Counted from the stretch's first letter, positions 1 through 10,170 are shown. The stretch is DNA of 64,000 bases from Candidatus Binatia bacterium (GCA_965231765.1 OZ246887.1:3090755-3154754); one strand, 5' to 3'. Notes: generated by a model not told the origin, from the sequence alone. Translations and numbers: made by a program.

Positions 1-1
1 T

Positions 2-241
2 CGCAACGATTACAATCAATACCGAGGCTATCGGACCCAAAATCGGCCCTACTACGGTCGAACCGGCCGAGAATACGGCACCAATGGCACAGTCACCAGG
101 CAGCGCAACCCGACTTTTTTTGAGCGGCGTCGAACGCGAAATGTGGCCAGCCAGCAACGCTTTCGTCAAAAGTTCCAGAGCCGAGTCGGGCGCAGCAGTG
201 GCAGCTCCATGCGCTCACGCAGCTTTGGATTTGGCAAATAG
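2..241 (+). CDS. C-terminal part of an Arg/Ser/Gly-rich hypothetical protein (5'-truncated by the window edge)
   Basis: Open frame from position 2: RNDYNQYRGYRDPNRPYYGRTGREYGTNG...SRVGRSSGSSMRSRSFGFGK, TAG at 239-241. This type of tail is typical of the gene preceding DUF350-speE. Confidence 0.6.
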   Translation, partial: RNDYNQYRGYRTQNRPYYGRTGREYGTNGTVTRQRNPTFFERRRTRNVASQQRFRQKFQSRVGRSSGSSMRSRSFGFGK

Positions 242-276
242 ACAGTAATAAAGACACGTAAAGAGCAGCACAAGCC

Positions 277-1122
277 ATGACGCTCGATTCACTTATTTTG
301 GCGATTATCTATCTCATCTGCGCCTATGCCTTGTTCTGGCTCGGCAAGCTCGCTTTTGATCTGCTGCATCCCGATTTCCATGTCACAGAAGAGCTGTTGG
401 ACAACGATAATGTTGCCCTGGCTGTGGCGCTTGTCGGCTATTATTTTGGACTGGTTTTGACCATCGGCGGGGTGCTCAACGGTCCATCGCATGGACTCCT
501 TGAGGATGTGGTCGATATCCTTCTGTATGGACCCCTGGGCATTATCCTGCTCAACATCTCAACCATGGTCAGTGATAAACTGATCCTGTTTCAGTTCGAT
601 AATAAAAAGGAAATCATCCAGGACCATAATGCCGGTACCGGCATCACCGAAGCTGGGGTGTATACCGCCACCGGTCTCGTCCTGTTTGGGGCTCTGTCTG
701 GCGAAACCGGAACAATCTGGACTGCGCTGGCCTTTTGGGGTTTAGGACAGCTTGGTTTGATTCTGACCGGGCTGATGTATGAGTGGATCACTCCATACAG
801 CATTCACGCTGAGATTGAGCGCGATAATGTCGCAGTTGGCGTTAGCTTCGCTGGTGCATTGATCGGTATGGGCAATATCTTACGCTTTGCCGCCAGTGGT
901 GAATTCTTCTCCTGGCAAAGCAATCTCATGGAATTTGGGACGTATGCCCTGGTCGGTCTGGTCTTCCTGCCCTTGATTCGTTTTGCGACGGATAAAATCC
1001 TGCTGCCTGGTACAAGCATCTCAGCCAAGCTGGTCGAACAAGACCATCCCCATCTCGGCGTGGCCTACATAGAGATGTTTTCCTACGTTGGCGCGTCCTT
1101 CCTTATCATCTGGTGTGTCTAA
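277..1122 (+). CDS. DUF350 domain membrane protein (two repeats)
   Basis: Highly hydrophobic, with repeated ELLDNDNVALAV / EIERDNVAVGV motifs; directly upstream of an aminopropyltransferase. Confidence 0.85.
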   Translation: MTLDSLILAIIYLICAYALFWLGKLAFDLLHPDFHVTEELLDNDNVALAVALVGYYFGLVLTIGGVLNGPSHGLLEDVVDILLYGPLGIILLNISTMVSDKLILFQFDNKKEIIQDHNAGTGITEAGVYTATGLVLFGALSGETGTIWTALAFWGLGQLGLILTGLMYEWITPYSIHAEIERDNVAVGVSFAGALIGMGNILRFAASGEFFSWQSNLMEFGTYALVGLVFLPLIRFATDKILLPGTSISAKLVEQDHPHLGVAYIEMFSYVGASFLIIWCV

Positions 1123-2644
1123 ACTTCTGAAGCTGTGCCTGTTTGCGACTGGCTGCGCAGGCATTGTGGCCGAGTTTGTGCTGTGCACCCTGGCCAGCTA
1201 CTTCCTCGGTAACGCGACTTTGCAGTGGACCCTCCTCATGTCCCTCATGCTGTTTGCCATGGGACTGGGCAGCCGCTTGAGTCGCTACTTCACGTCCGGT
1301 CTGCTCGATACCTTTACCATTCTCGAATTCAGCCTGTCTGTCCTGTGCGCGGGTGCCGCCGCAGCTGCCTATGTCCTGTCTCCATTTCTGAATAATGTCG
1401 GCGTTGTGATTTATCCGTTGGGGATTGGCATCGGTCTGTTGATCGGCATGGAAATCCCGCTCATCACTCGGGTGAATGCCAGCTACGAAGACCTGCGGGT
1501 GAATATCTCGTCAGTCATGGAAAATGACTATTATGGCGCCTTGGTCGGTGGCTTATTCTTTGCTTTTTTTGCGTTGCCGTATCTGGGGCTGACGTATACG
1601 CCGGTTGCGCTAGGGATGGTAAATTTTGCGGTCGCGTCCGTGTTTGTGTTTCGCTTTCGGTCTTTGTTTGAACGCCCGCGTGTCATGTCGGTGCTGTGGG
1701 GCAGTGTTGGTATTGGCCTCTTGAGCTTGGCTGTGTGGGCAAAGCCGATTGTGTTGTTTGGCGAACAAGCGATGTACAAAGACACGGTCATCTTTGTCAA
1801 ACAAACGCCTTATCAGCGCCTGGTCATGACCCGCTGGCGGGATGATCATTGGCTGTACATTAACGGCAATCAACAGTTCAGCAGCTATGACGAGGAGCGC
1901 TACCACGAACCCTTAGTGCATCCAGCGTTGGCACTGGTCGGCAATCGGGAGGAGATTCTCATTCTGGGCGGTGGAGATGGTCTCGCCGTCCGGGAAGTTC
2001 TCAAATACTCGGATGTGAAACAGGTCACGTTGGTTGATCTGGACCCCGAGATGACGGAACTCGCCTCCTCTCATCCTGTGATAGTGCAACTCAATAATGA
2101 CGCGCTCACAGATCCCCGGGTTGAGATCATCAATGCCGATGCCTTTGCATATCTGCACGATGTGCATCACCTATTTGACGCGATTATCATTGATCTGCCA
2201 GATCCAAACTCCGTTGAACTCGCTCGGCTCTACTCGCTGAATTTTTACCGCTTATGCCGCAAACATCTCAAACGTGGTGGAGTTATCGTCACCCAAGCCA
2301 GCAGTCCATTTTTTGCGCGCAAGGCGTTTGTGTGCATCTACAAGACGCTGCAAGCGGCAGGCTTCAGCCTGCTGCCGTATCACACTCACATTCCAACTAT
2401 GGGCGAGTGGGGGTTTGTGTTGGGGGTGGATAAAGATCTCCTGGACCACATCACCCTCAAAGAAACCGTCGTCCGTCTCTCATTTGATCAGGTACCGACA
2501 CGTTTCCTGAACCAAGAAGCGATGATTTCCATGGCCCATTTTGGCAAGGGTATTTTCGACGACAGCGACCAGGTCGAAGTCAACAATGAGAGCCAGCCGG
2601 TTTTGCAGGAGTATTATAAGCAGGGACGCTGGGAGGTGTACTAG
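1115..2644 (+). CDS. speE: Membrane-anchored polyamine aminopropyltransferase (spermidine synthase family)
   Basis: N-terminal TM region, then YHEPLVHP, ILGGGDGL, VDLDPEM, IIIDLPDP motifs; probable GTG start overlapping the DUF350 stop. Confidence 0.9.
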   Translation: MSKLLKLCLFATGCAGIVAEFVLCTLASYFLGNATLQWTLLMSLMLFAMGLGSRLSRYFTSGLLDTFTILEFSLSVLCAGAAAAAYVLSPFLNNVGVVIYPLGIGIGLLIGMEIPLITRVNASYEDLRVNISSVMENDYYGALVGGLFFAFFALPYLGLTYTPVALGMVNFAVASVFVFRFRSLFERPRVMSVLWGSVGIGLLSLAVWAKPIVLFGEQAMYKDTVIFVKQTPYQRLVMTRWRDDHWLYINGNQQFSSYDEERYHEPLVHPALALVGNREEILILGGGDGLAVREVLKYSDVKQVTLVDLDPEMTELASSHPVIVQLNNDALTDPRVEIINADAFAYLHDVHHLFDAIIIDLPDPNSVELARLYSLNFYRLCRKHLKRGGVIVTQASSPFFARKAFVCIYKTLQAAGFSLLPYHTHIPTMGEWGFVLGVDKDLLDHITLKETVVRLSFDQVPTRFLNQEAMISMAHFGKGIFDDSDQVEVNNESQPVLQEYYKQGRWEVY

Positions 2645-2822
2645 AAGGAAGGGCGAAAGCGTTGATCGGGGCCTACGCTACGATACAACCATGAAGAGGC
2701 ACTACACGGATCGCATACCAGCGGCGCACACGCTTCACGATTCCGTTTTGCTCCTCTTCAAAACCGGAAACGGAGGCACCAGTTTTTGATGCGGGGAGTT
2801 GAGGAAGCAGAGTAGGGAAATC

Positions 2823-3260
2823 TCACCTCTGCGACAGAACTTTTTTCTCGAGCCCCGCGCGAGCAGCAGCCTCCTCAATGGTCTGTTGAATCCGCTGCAT
2901 ACTCACTGGAAAGATACGCGGCTCTGCCGGGGTACTCGTGCAACCTGCTGCTCCGCCGTCCAGACTGGCAAAGAACAGCGGCGCCACATACTTGTTCCAC
3001 AGCCTGCGCTCAACCAGCACCTGGCACGTTGTGGCATCTGTGGACGTGACGCGCAGCTTGATGGGATTCTCCGCGTCATCGGTCACATCCTCCCACGTCA
3101 GGCCGGTCAACTCGCTGATTCGTAGACCAGCGCCGAACACCAACATGATGGCGGCTTTGTCTTGTGGGTCTGGAGAGGCTTCCATGATAGTCTGTATTTC
3201 ATCCTCTGTGAGGCTGCGAAGCGGTTGAGTGGCCCGGTCGTGATTACCATTTTCGCTCAT
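2823..3260 (-). pseudogene. Truncated tyrosine recombinase (box I only)
   Basis: DKAAIMLVFGAGLRISELTGLTWEDV box I present; ORF stops before HxLR and the catalytic Tyr. Confidence 0.65.
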
Positions 3261-3273
3261 AGACAATGGCTTC

Positions 3274-4539
3274 TTAGTCTCCGTAAGCCTCGGCCAACAG
3301 ATCAACCGTATGCAGCGCTGTAATCGGCAGGCCTTGTTGCTGCAAGCCGGCTCGAATCTGCATCAAACAACCAGGGTTGCCCATCACCACAGTCTCGGCC
3401 TCGGTCGTCTTAATGTTATTGACTTTCCGATTCAACAGACGCTGGGCCATTGCCGGTTCGGTCAAGTTATACGTCCCGGCACTGCCGCAACACCAGTCTG
3501 ACTCTGGCAGATCGGTGACGTGCAAGCCTGGAATGGCGGCCAGCAACATGCGCGGTTGTTCACGCACGCCCTGACCATGGGCTAAGTGGCAGGCATCATG
3601 ATAAGTCACTTTTTTTGTGACGGTCTTTGTTGGCCTGACGAGAGGAATACTGCACAGAAATTCAGACACATCTTGCATCTTGGCCGATAATTGCTCAGCT
3701 CTTTCACTGTACGCTGGATCATCTTTCAGCAGCTCGCCATACTCCTTCATCATCGCCCCACAGCCAGACGCATTAATGACAAGTGCATCAAATTCCAAGC
3801 CGCTAAACACATCAACATTCCGTCGGGCCAGAGCAAGCGCGTTCGGCTTATCACCATTGTGCAATAAGAGCGCACCGCAACACGCTTGGCTTTGGGGCAC
3901 CAGCACGTCGCAGCCGTTGTGCTGCAAGACCTTCACCGTAGCCTGGTTGGTCGCCCCAAACAGTTCCGGCATCACACACCCAGACAGCATAGCGACCGTG
4001 TAGCGCTTCTCGCCAATCGCTGCGTAGCGACCTAACAGCGCGGCCGATGACACGCTGCCCTTTTCAGGCACGAGACCAAATAGGGAACGAAGCTGTTGAG
4101 GCAGCCAAGCGGCCTGGGCTAAGCGACTCAGCCCCAATCTTGCCCCAAACTTAAGCAGTCCGGCAAAGAGCCACACGCCAAGTGGATTGGGAAAAATCGT
4201 ATTGATTGCCCCACGTTTGAAACGTTCCAGGAGAGGACGTTTATAATGTTGCTCAATGAACGGCCGGGCTCCTTCGATTAAGGCTCCGTACTGGACGCCA
4301 GACGGACACGCTGTTTCACAGGCTCGACAGCCGAGGCATAAATCAAGGTGGCGGACGGCTTCCGTATCCAACGGAAAGCGACCTTCTTGAAGCCCTCGCA
4401 GGGTCACAATCCGGCCCCGTGGAGAATCCATCTCTGTGCCGAGCTCGACATAGGTCGGGCAAAACGACAGACACAGGCCGCAGTGCACACAATCAAAGAA
4501 CTTGTCGTGATCAACAAAATTCGTGTTTAGTTCTGGCAT
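3274..4539 (-). CDS. glcF: Glycolate oxidase iron-sulfur subunit
   Basis: CVHCGLCLSFCP and CLGCRACETACP 4Fe-4S motifs, two CCG domains, YHDACHL. Confidence 0.85.
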   Translation of the reverse strand: MPELNTNFVDHDKFFDCVHCGLCLSFCPTYVELGTEMDSPRGRIVTLRGLQEGRFPLDTEAVRHLDLCLGCRACETACPSGVQYGALIEGARPFIEQHYKRPLLERFKRGAINTIFPNPLGVWLFAGLLKFGARLGLSRLAQAAWLPQQLRSLFGLVPEKGSVSSAALLGRYAAIGEKRYTVAMLSGCVMPELFGATNQATVKVLQHNGCDVLVPQSQACCGALLLHNGDKPNALALARRNVDVFSGLEFDALVINASGCGAMMKEYGELLKDDPAYSERAEQLSAKMQDVSEFLCSIPLVRPTKTVTKKVTYHDACHLAHGQGVREQPRMLLAAIPGLHVTDLPESDWCCGSAGTYNLTEPAMAQRLLNRKVNNIKTTEAETVVMGNPGCLMQIRAGLQQQGLPITALHTVDLLAEAYGD

Positions 4540-4594
4540 AAGAATAGTGGTCCGTTCCCCTCTCGTCCCTTCCTTGCGAGGGCAATGAAAACCC

Positions 4595-5878
4595 TTAAAT
4601 CCCCCCGACAAAGCGTCCAGGGTTCAGTAGCTCTTCAGGGTCAAGGGTTTCCTTGAGCTTTTTCATCAATCGAAAAGCCCCCCCAACGTGGCCCCAGACA
4701 TCGACTCTATCTTTCAGTCTGTAATCGATGCCTTCGACAGTCATATAACCGGCCATTTTTTTGGTCAGGATGCGCAGCCAATCAACGAGCGAAATCAGCT
4801 TTTCAAGCGGCACCTCGGCTGGACGCAAAAACCGGCTATATACAATACCATTCCCGGCTCGGGCCAAAAACTCGACGCGCACCCCCCGTAGCGCAGCCTC
4901 TTCTCCAACCCGGGTACAGAACTCGGCAATCTGGGCTGGCAAGAGGCTCGTTTTGCAGCGGAGTGCAGCGTCACCACTCACCGGAAAATCGCGCAAGGTC
5001 AAGGAAAGATTCTGAGCGGCATCGCCTTCAATCTCCTGGACATGAGGAACCTGAATCTCATCGCCGCCGCCGAGCTCCAGCAGGTGAGCCCGTTGATAAT
5101 CAACATCTTCCTGAATACCCGCCAAGCCAACAATGAGATGGCAGCCCGCCTGTCCATTCGCCGGGTTCATAGGATCAAAACTGGCCAGGTCAAGGAAAAA
5201 CGGCTGGAGATCGGTACTAATCTGATGCAAAGCTGTCTGCATAGCCTGTTCTACTGACGCAAACTGAAGTGCAAAAATCGTCTGCGCTGCGGGCCGAGGA
5301 CGAATCATAAAGGTCGCATCAACAATCACACCCAGCGTCCCAAACGAGCCACAATACAGCTTAGCCAGATCGTAACCTGCCACATTCTTGACTACCCGCC
5401 CGCCGCCTTTGATCACCGAGCCATCCGCTCGGACAACCGTCAGTCCAATCAGAAAATCCCGGATAGTCCCTTGCGACAAACGCGACGGTCCATTCAGATT
5501 GGTCGCAATCAGTCCACCGACCGTCATCTGTTCGGGATTGGGTGGGTCCAAGGGCAGCCATTGGCCGTTCTCCCCCAAAATCGCTTGCAGCTGTGATAAG
5601 CTCATACCCGCCTCAACCGTGACCGTCATATCAGTCGGTTGATAATCAATAATGTTCTGCAGCCGCTCTAGACACAGCGCTACGTCATAGCGTCGAGGAA
5701 TACCGCCCAAATGCAGAAACGCCCCCAGTCCGACAGGACTCACCGCAAGTTTTCTCTCCCCAGCCCTGCGCAAAATCTCCGACACTTGCTCAACTGATGT
5801 TGGCAAGCTCACCTCCTGCGGCTGCTTACCGTCAATACTAAAGCGCTCACGCTCCTCCGTCTCACCCATTCTTATCAT
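4595..5878 (-). CDS. glcE: Glycolate oxidase FAD-binding subunit
   Basis: GGRVVKNVAGYDLAKLYCGSFGTLG; C-terminal LNPGRF; lies between glcD and glcF. Confidence 0.85.
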   Translation of the reverse strand: MIRMGETEERERFSIDGKQPQEVSLPTSVEQVSEILRRAGERKLAVSPVGLGAFLHLGGIPRRYDVALCLERLQNIIDYQPTDMTVTVEAGMSLSQLQAILGENGQWLPLDPPNPEQMTVGGLIATNLNGPSRLSQGTIRDFLIGLTVVRADGSVIKGGGRVVKNVAGYDLAKLYCGSFGTLGVIVDATFMIRPRPAAQTIFALQFASVEQAMQTALHQISTDLQPFFLDLASFDPMNPANGQAGCHLIVGLAGIQEDVDYQRAHLLELGGGDEIQVPHVQEIEGDAAQNLSLTLRDFPVSGDAALRCKTSLLPAQIAEFCTRVGEEAALRGVRVEFLARAGNGIVYSRFLRPAEVPLEKLISLVDWLRILTKKMAGYMTVEGIDYRLKDRVDVWGHVGGAFRLMKKLKETLDPEELLNPGRFVGGI

Positions 5879-5946
5879 TCCCCTGACTTGCCCTACGACT
5901 TGTCCCTCTTACTCAGCACTCAGTCCTCAGCACTCGGAACTCTGCC

Positions 5947-7374
5947 TTAGAGCGGTACCTGCCGGCGCGGCGTACGCACGTCAATACAGCCCGAACCAGG
6001 CGTTGGAATAATCTTATGCGGATTACACCGATTGTCTGGATTAAAGACCGAGCGAATATCGCTCATCACCAGCAGATCTTCAGGACTAAAAATGAGCGGC
6101 ATTTGCTCGCGTTTCTCAATACCGATGCCGTGCTCTCCAGTCAGGCTACCACCCAGGTCTACACACGCTTTCAGAATTTCCTGGCCGGCTTGGACCACCC
6201 GCTCAGCTTCGCCCGGGTTGCGCTCGTCATACATCAGAATCGGATGGATATTCCCGTCGCCCGCGTGAAAAACGTTGGCAATACGTAGCTGATACTTCTC
6301 AGCCACACCGCTAATCGCACGCAGAATATGAGGCACCTTGGTCCGGGGGACAACTCCATCCTGGGTGGCATAGTTCGGCGCTAAGCGCCCGATCGCGCCA
6401 AACGCGCGTTTGCGACTTTTCCATAGCGCAAGACGCTCCGCATCATCAGCCGCAATCCGGACCTCACGGGCACTATTGTGGCGGCAGATGTCTTGAATCT
6501 GAGCTGTTTGCGGCTCAAGCCCTGCGGCTAAGCCATCCAGCTCAATGATCAATACTGCTCCGGCATCAGTCGGAAAACCAACATGGAACGCCTCTTCAAC
6601 GGCTTGAATGATAAGCGTATCCATCATCTCCAAGGCAGCCGGTACAATTCCCGCCGCAATGATGTCAGACACCGTCTCAGTCGCATCGTCAACAGACTCA
6701 TACACAGCCAAAAAGGTCCGATATGCCTGAGGCTGACGCGTCAGGCGTAGCGTTGCCTCGGTCACCAGCCCGAACGTGCCTTCAGCACCTATAGTGACCC
6801 CCCGTAAGTCATACCCAGGCACGTCCTCGACTGCTCCGCCGAGCGTCACCACGTCGCCATTGGGCAAGACCAGCTCTACCCCCAGCACATGGTTGGTTGT
6901 TACCCCGTATTTGAGTGTATGCGGACCACCCGAATTCTCGGCCACATTGCCACCAATCGTGCATGCCTGCTGGCTGGACGGATCAGGCGCATATTGCAGA
7001 CCTTCATTTTTGACCGCATTACTGACCCACAAATTGACCACCCCAGACTGGGCAACAATACGACGGTTGGTCAGATCGATATGCTTGATCTTATTCAGCC
7101 GACTTGTCCCAATCATGACCGGCGCTTCAATTGGCAGACAGCCACCACTCAAGCCCGTCCCGGCACCACGTGGCACAAAGGAGATTTTCTCCTGATGCAA
7201 GTATTGAACAACGGCGACCATTTCCTCGGTCGAGTGGGGCAAAACAACGATATCAGGAGTTGATTTCTCTAACGTATAGCCATCGCAGTCATACGTAGAC
7301 AGCGCCGTTGCGTTGTCCACCACCCCATCTTCCCCAACCAGCTCACGCAACCGATCAATCGTACTCGTATCCAT
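5947..7374 (-). CDS. glcD: Glycolate oxidase subunit (FAD-linked oxidase)
   Basis: PRGAGTGLSGG, APDPSSQQACTIGGNVAENSGG, FHAGDGNIHP, GEHGIG. Confidence 0.9.
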   Translation of the reverse strand: MDTSTIDRLRELVGEDGVVDNATALSTYDCDGYTLEKSTPDIVVLPHSTEEMVAVVQYLHQEKISFVPRGAGTGLSGGCLPIEAPVMIGTSRLNKIKHIDLTNRRIVAQSGVVNLWVSNAVKNEGLQYAPDPSSQQACTIGGNVAENSGGPHTLKYGVTTNHVLGVELVLPNGDVVTLGGAVEDVPGYDLRGVTIGAEGTFGLVTEATLRLTRQPQAYRTFLAVYESVDDATETVSDIIAAGIVPAALEMMDTLIIQAVEEAFHVGFPTDAGAVLIIELDGLAAGLEPQTAQIQDICRHNSAREVRIAADDAERLALWKSRKRAFGAIGRLAPNYATQDGVVPRTKVPHILRAISGVAEKYQLRIANVFHAGDGNIHPILMYDERNPGEAERVVQAGQEILKACVDLGGSLTGEHGIGIEKREQMPLIFSPEDLLVMSDIRSVFNPDNRCNPHKIIPTPGSGCIDVRTPRRQVPL

Positions 7375-7386
7375 ACTGCATCCTTC

Positions 7387-7842
7387 TCAGATTGCCGCAG
7401 GCCGCCGCCGAATCATCCGTTTGACAGTATATTGCAACAATATGTCGCCCTTACTGTTCAATACCTGCTGATCAAACGTCACCACGCCTCGGTCCGGTTT
7501 CGAAGTTTCGCGTTTGGACAAGACCTTAACTTTGACATGCACCGTGTCTCCACACCGTAATGGAGCTGGAACTTTCAGCTCTTCGATACCCAACAGGGCC
7601 AAGCCGCCGCGGGCCAAGCCGGCCTGAATCATCAAGCCTTCTGACATCGAAAAGGTAAACGCGCCTGGAGCAATCCGGCCGCCAAACAAGCTCTGCTTCT
7701 CCACAAACTCCATGTTGATGAACAGCGGCTCGGTGAAGCCAAACAGGTTCACGAAGTTGACGATATCGGTCTCCGTCACCGTCCGAGACGCGGTCTCATA
7801 CTCGGCATCGACCTCGTACTCTTCATAAAACTCGACTGGCAT
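7387..7842 (-). CDS. MaoC/hotdog-fold dehydratase
   Basis: SRTVTETDIVNF, FGGRIAPG, PLRCGDTV, RETSKPDRGVV; RBS before MPVEF. Confidence 0.8.
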   Translation of the reverse strand: MPVEFYEEYEVDAEYETASRTVTETDIVNFVNLFGFTEPLFINMEFVEKQSLFGGRIAPGAFTFSMSEGLMIQAGLARGGLALLGIEELKVPAPLRCGDTVHVKVKVLSKRETSKPDRGVVTFDQQVLNSKGDILLQYTVKRMIRRRPAAI

Positions 7843-7972
7843 AGGCACTCCTTCCCGATCCGCAAGTGTTATGGGTTCTGGTGGGGAAGTCAACCGGGCA
7901 AGTGGAGTAATGAGACTTGTGGATTCCGGCCGAATTTTGGTACAAATCCGTATACACGACACAGGAGGGTTT

Positions 7973-8214
7973 ATGCTCAGAAGTGTTGAAGGAGTTTTTC
8001 GCAATGGAAAGATTGAACTCCCTTTGGTGTATGGGAGAGGTGCCTCACGATGAAACTATAAGTGATAGAAGACTCAGCACTCCTGGAGAAAACGAGGCAG
8101 TTAGCGAAAGTCAAAACCGAGCGGGAAGCAGTAGAAAGAGCCCTCCAGGAATTTGTCTGCCGGCGGCGCCTCAAGGACCTGGCCGGATCAGATCTCGTCG
8201 ATCTGAAACAATAA
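7973..8214 (+). pseudogene. Two abutting antitoxin relics (AF2212-like N-terminus; VapB-like with early stop)
   Basis: MLRSVEGVFRNGKIEL after a GGAGG RBS; then MKL*VIEDSALLEKTRQLAKVKTEREAVERALQEFVCRRRLKDLAG. Confidence 0.5.
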
Positions 8215-8236
8215 AAAATAATACAATCAGGGGGCA

Positions 8237-8926
8237 ATGCAGATGCCAAACCGACTCCAAGGTAAACGCGTGGTGCTTACCAGTTCCAATGACTTTATGG
8301 GCCAGGCAACACAAGAGGTCTTTGCCGAAGAAGGTGCAGAGATTATTGCTGATACGAGCGATCTGACACAACCCGACGCGGCAGATGCTTTAATCAAAAG
8401 CGCCGGTCAGGTTGATGTATTGATTGCGAACCTGGCAGCCCCAACGTTTTCTGGCATTGCAGCTCAGGATTTGTCAGACGCCAATTGGGAATGCGCCTTC
8501 AACGGGATGGTTCATCCGCTACATCGTTTGACGCGGGCAGTGTTGCCTCAAATGATCGAACGCAAGGCAGGCAAAATTGTGGTCTATGGCAGTGCGTCGG
8601 CGCTACGTGGCATGAAAACCCTGGCCGCCTATAGCTCAGCCCGAGCCGCTCAGGTTGGCTACGTGCAGTCAGTCGGCGTAGAAGTTGGGCCGCATAACAT
8701 ACAGATCAACCTGATTGCCCAAAACTACGTTCAGAGTGAAGAGTATTATCCGGCTTCCTTACTGGCTAAAGAGTCTTTTCAGCAATCGCTCAAACGCCAA
8801 GTCCCGGCTGGTCGGCTCGGCACGCCGCGCGAAGATGCTCTGTTCGCAGCATTCTTAGCCAGCAACGAAAGTGACTTTTTTGTTGGTCAGGCAATTCCGT
8901 TTAGTGGCGGGTGGGCACAGAGATAA
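8237..8926 (+). CDS. Short-chain dehydrogenase/reductase (atypical cofactor motif)
   Basis: YSSARAA active-site-like motif, GRLGTP, FFVGQAIPFSGG C-terminus. Confidence 0.8.
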   Translation: MQMPNRLQGKRVVLTSSNDFMGQATQEVFAEEGAEIIADTSDLTQPDAADALIKSAGQVDVLIANLAAPTFSGIAAQDLSDANWECAFNGMVHPLHRLTRAVLPQMIERKAGKIVVYGSASALRGMKTLAAYSSARAAQVGYVQSVGVEVGPHNIQINLIAQNYVQSEEYYPASLLAKESFQQSLKRQVPAGRLGTPREDALFAAFLASNESDFFVGQAIPFSGGWAQR

Positions 8927-9003
8927 GAAAATCAAAGGGCAAAGGTGAAGACAAGTCTAACGGGAGTTGACAAAAACAGCCTGCTCCCGCTTATTAAAAT
9001 GCT

Positions 9004-10083
9004 ATGAAAAAACGTGTTGCAGTTGTCGGAGCCACTGGCATTGCCGGGCAACAATTCCTGGTTGCCTTAGAGAATCATCCTTGGTTTGAGGTCGGTTTAT
9101 TAGCCGCCTCGGAACGCTCAGCTGGAAAAATGTACGCTGACGCGATTCGGGATGCCAAAACGGGTGCCCGACGCTGGTGGTGTCTGGAGGAACCGCCGCA
9201 AGAGGTCCTGTCGATGATAGTCCATGAGGCGTCGTCGATTGACCTGAATGGAATCGATCTGGTGTTCTCGGCTGTTGAATCTGGCCCGGCTCGGGAACTA
9301 GAGCCGCTGTACGCCAAAACAACGCCAGTTATGAGCGCGGCGTCGGCGTTTCGATATGAGGAAGATGTTCCTCTCCTCATTCCAGGTATCAATCTGGATC
9401 ATATCCATCTGATTGAGACGCAGAAGAAGAATCGTGGCTGGCGGGGTTATATTGCTACCCAGCCCAATTGCACTACGATTGGCTTGGCGATTACGCTCAA
9501 ACCTTTGTTCGACACTTTTGGTATTCAAAAAGTTATCATGACCTCCATGCAAGGCATGTCTGGCGCGGGCCGTTCACCCGGTGTCATTGGCCTCGATATC
9601 ATTGACAATATTATTCCTTTCATCTCTGGTGAAGAGGAAAAGGTCGAAAAAGAAGCCCAGAAAATTCTGGGTGTTTTGACCGACGGTACTATCACCCCAG
9701 CTGATTTTTCCGTCAGCGCAACCTGCACTCGGGTTGCAGTGATCGAAGGACATACCGAATCTGTCTTAGCAGTCATGGACAAACCATGTTCGGTTGAAGA
9801 TGCACGAGCGGCCATGATCGCCTTTGGTCAAGAGTTTGCGAACATGGGTCTGCCCTCCGCTCCGCAGCATATGATCATTGTCCATGACGACCCATTCCGG
9901 CCCCAGCCACGTTTAGATCGTGATGCTGAAGACGGCATGGCAACTTCCGCAGGACGTTTCCGGCCCGATAACGCATTGGACAACGGGGTTAAATATATGC
10001 TGGTCAGCCACAACACCAAAATGGGCGCGGCCAAAGGGGCAGTTTTGACGGCAGAGCATCTCCGGCAAGAAGGCTACGTATAA
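9004..10083 (+). CDS. asd: Aspartate-semialdehyde dehydrogenase (archaeal/eukaryotic-type)
   Basis: VVGATGIAGQ, HPWFE, AASERSAGK, QPNCTT, SGAG, RPQPRLDRD, SHNTKMGAA. Confidence 0.93.
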   Translation: MKKRVAVVGATGIAGQQFLVALENHPWFEVGLLAASERSAGKMYADAIRDAKTGARRWWCLEEPPQEVLSMIVHEASSIDLNGIDLVFSAVESGPARELEPLYAKTTPVMSAASAFRYEEDVPLLIPGINLDHIHLIETQKKNRGWRGYIATQPNCTTIGLAITLKPLFDTFGIQKVIMTSMQGMSGAGRSPGVIGLDIIDNIIPFISGEEEKVEKEAQKILGVLTDGTITPADFSVSATCTRVAVIEGHTESVLAVMDKPCSVEDARAAMIAFGQEFANMGLPSAPQHMIIVHDDPFRPQPRLDRDAEDGMATSAGRFRPDNALDNGVKYMLVSHNTKMGAAKGAVLTAEHLRQEGYV

Positions 10084-10090
10084 GAGAAGC

Positions 10091-10152
10091 AAATCAAAAG
10101 TCAAAAATAAGACCTTCTTCTCGTCCTACTTTTGCCCTTTGACTTTTGATTT
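10091..10152. repeat. Intergenic 15-bp inverted repeat (REP-like or terminator)
   Basis: AAATCAAAAGTCAAA ... TTTGACTTTTGATTT; related half-site near 8928-8945. Confidence 0.55.
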
Positions 10153-10170
10153 TTCTTATCCCCTCTCCTC

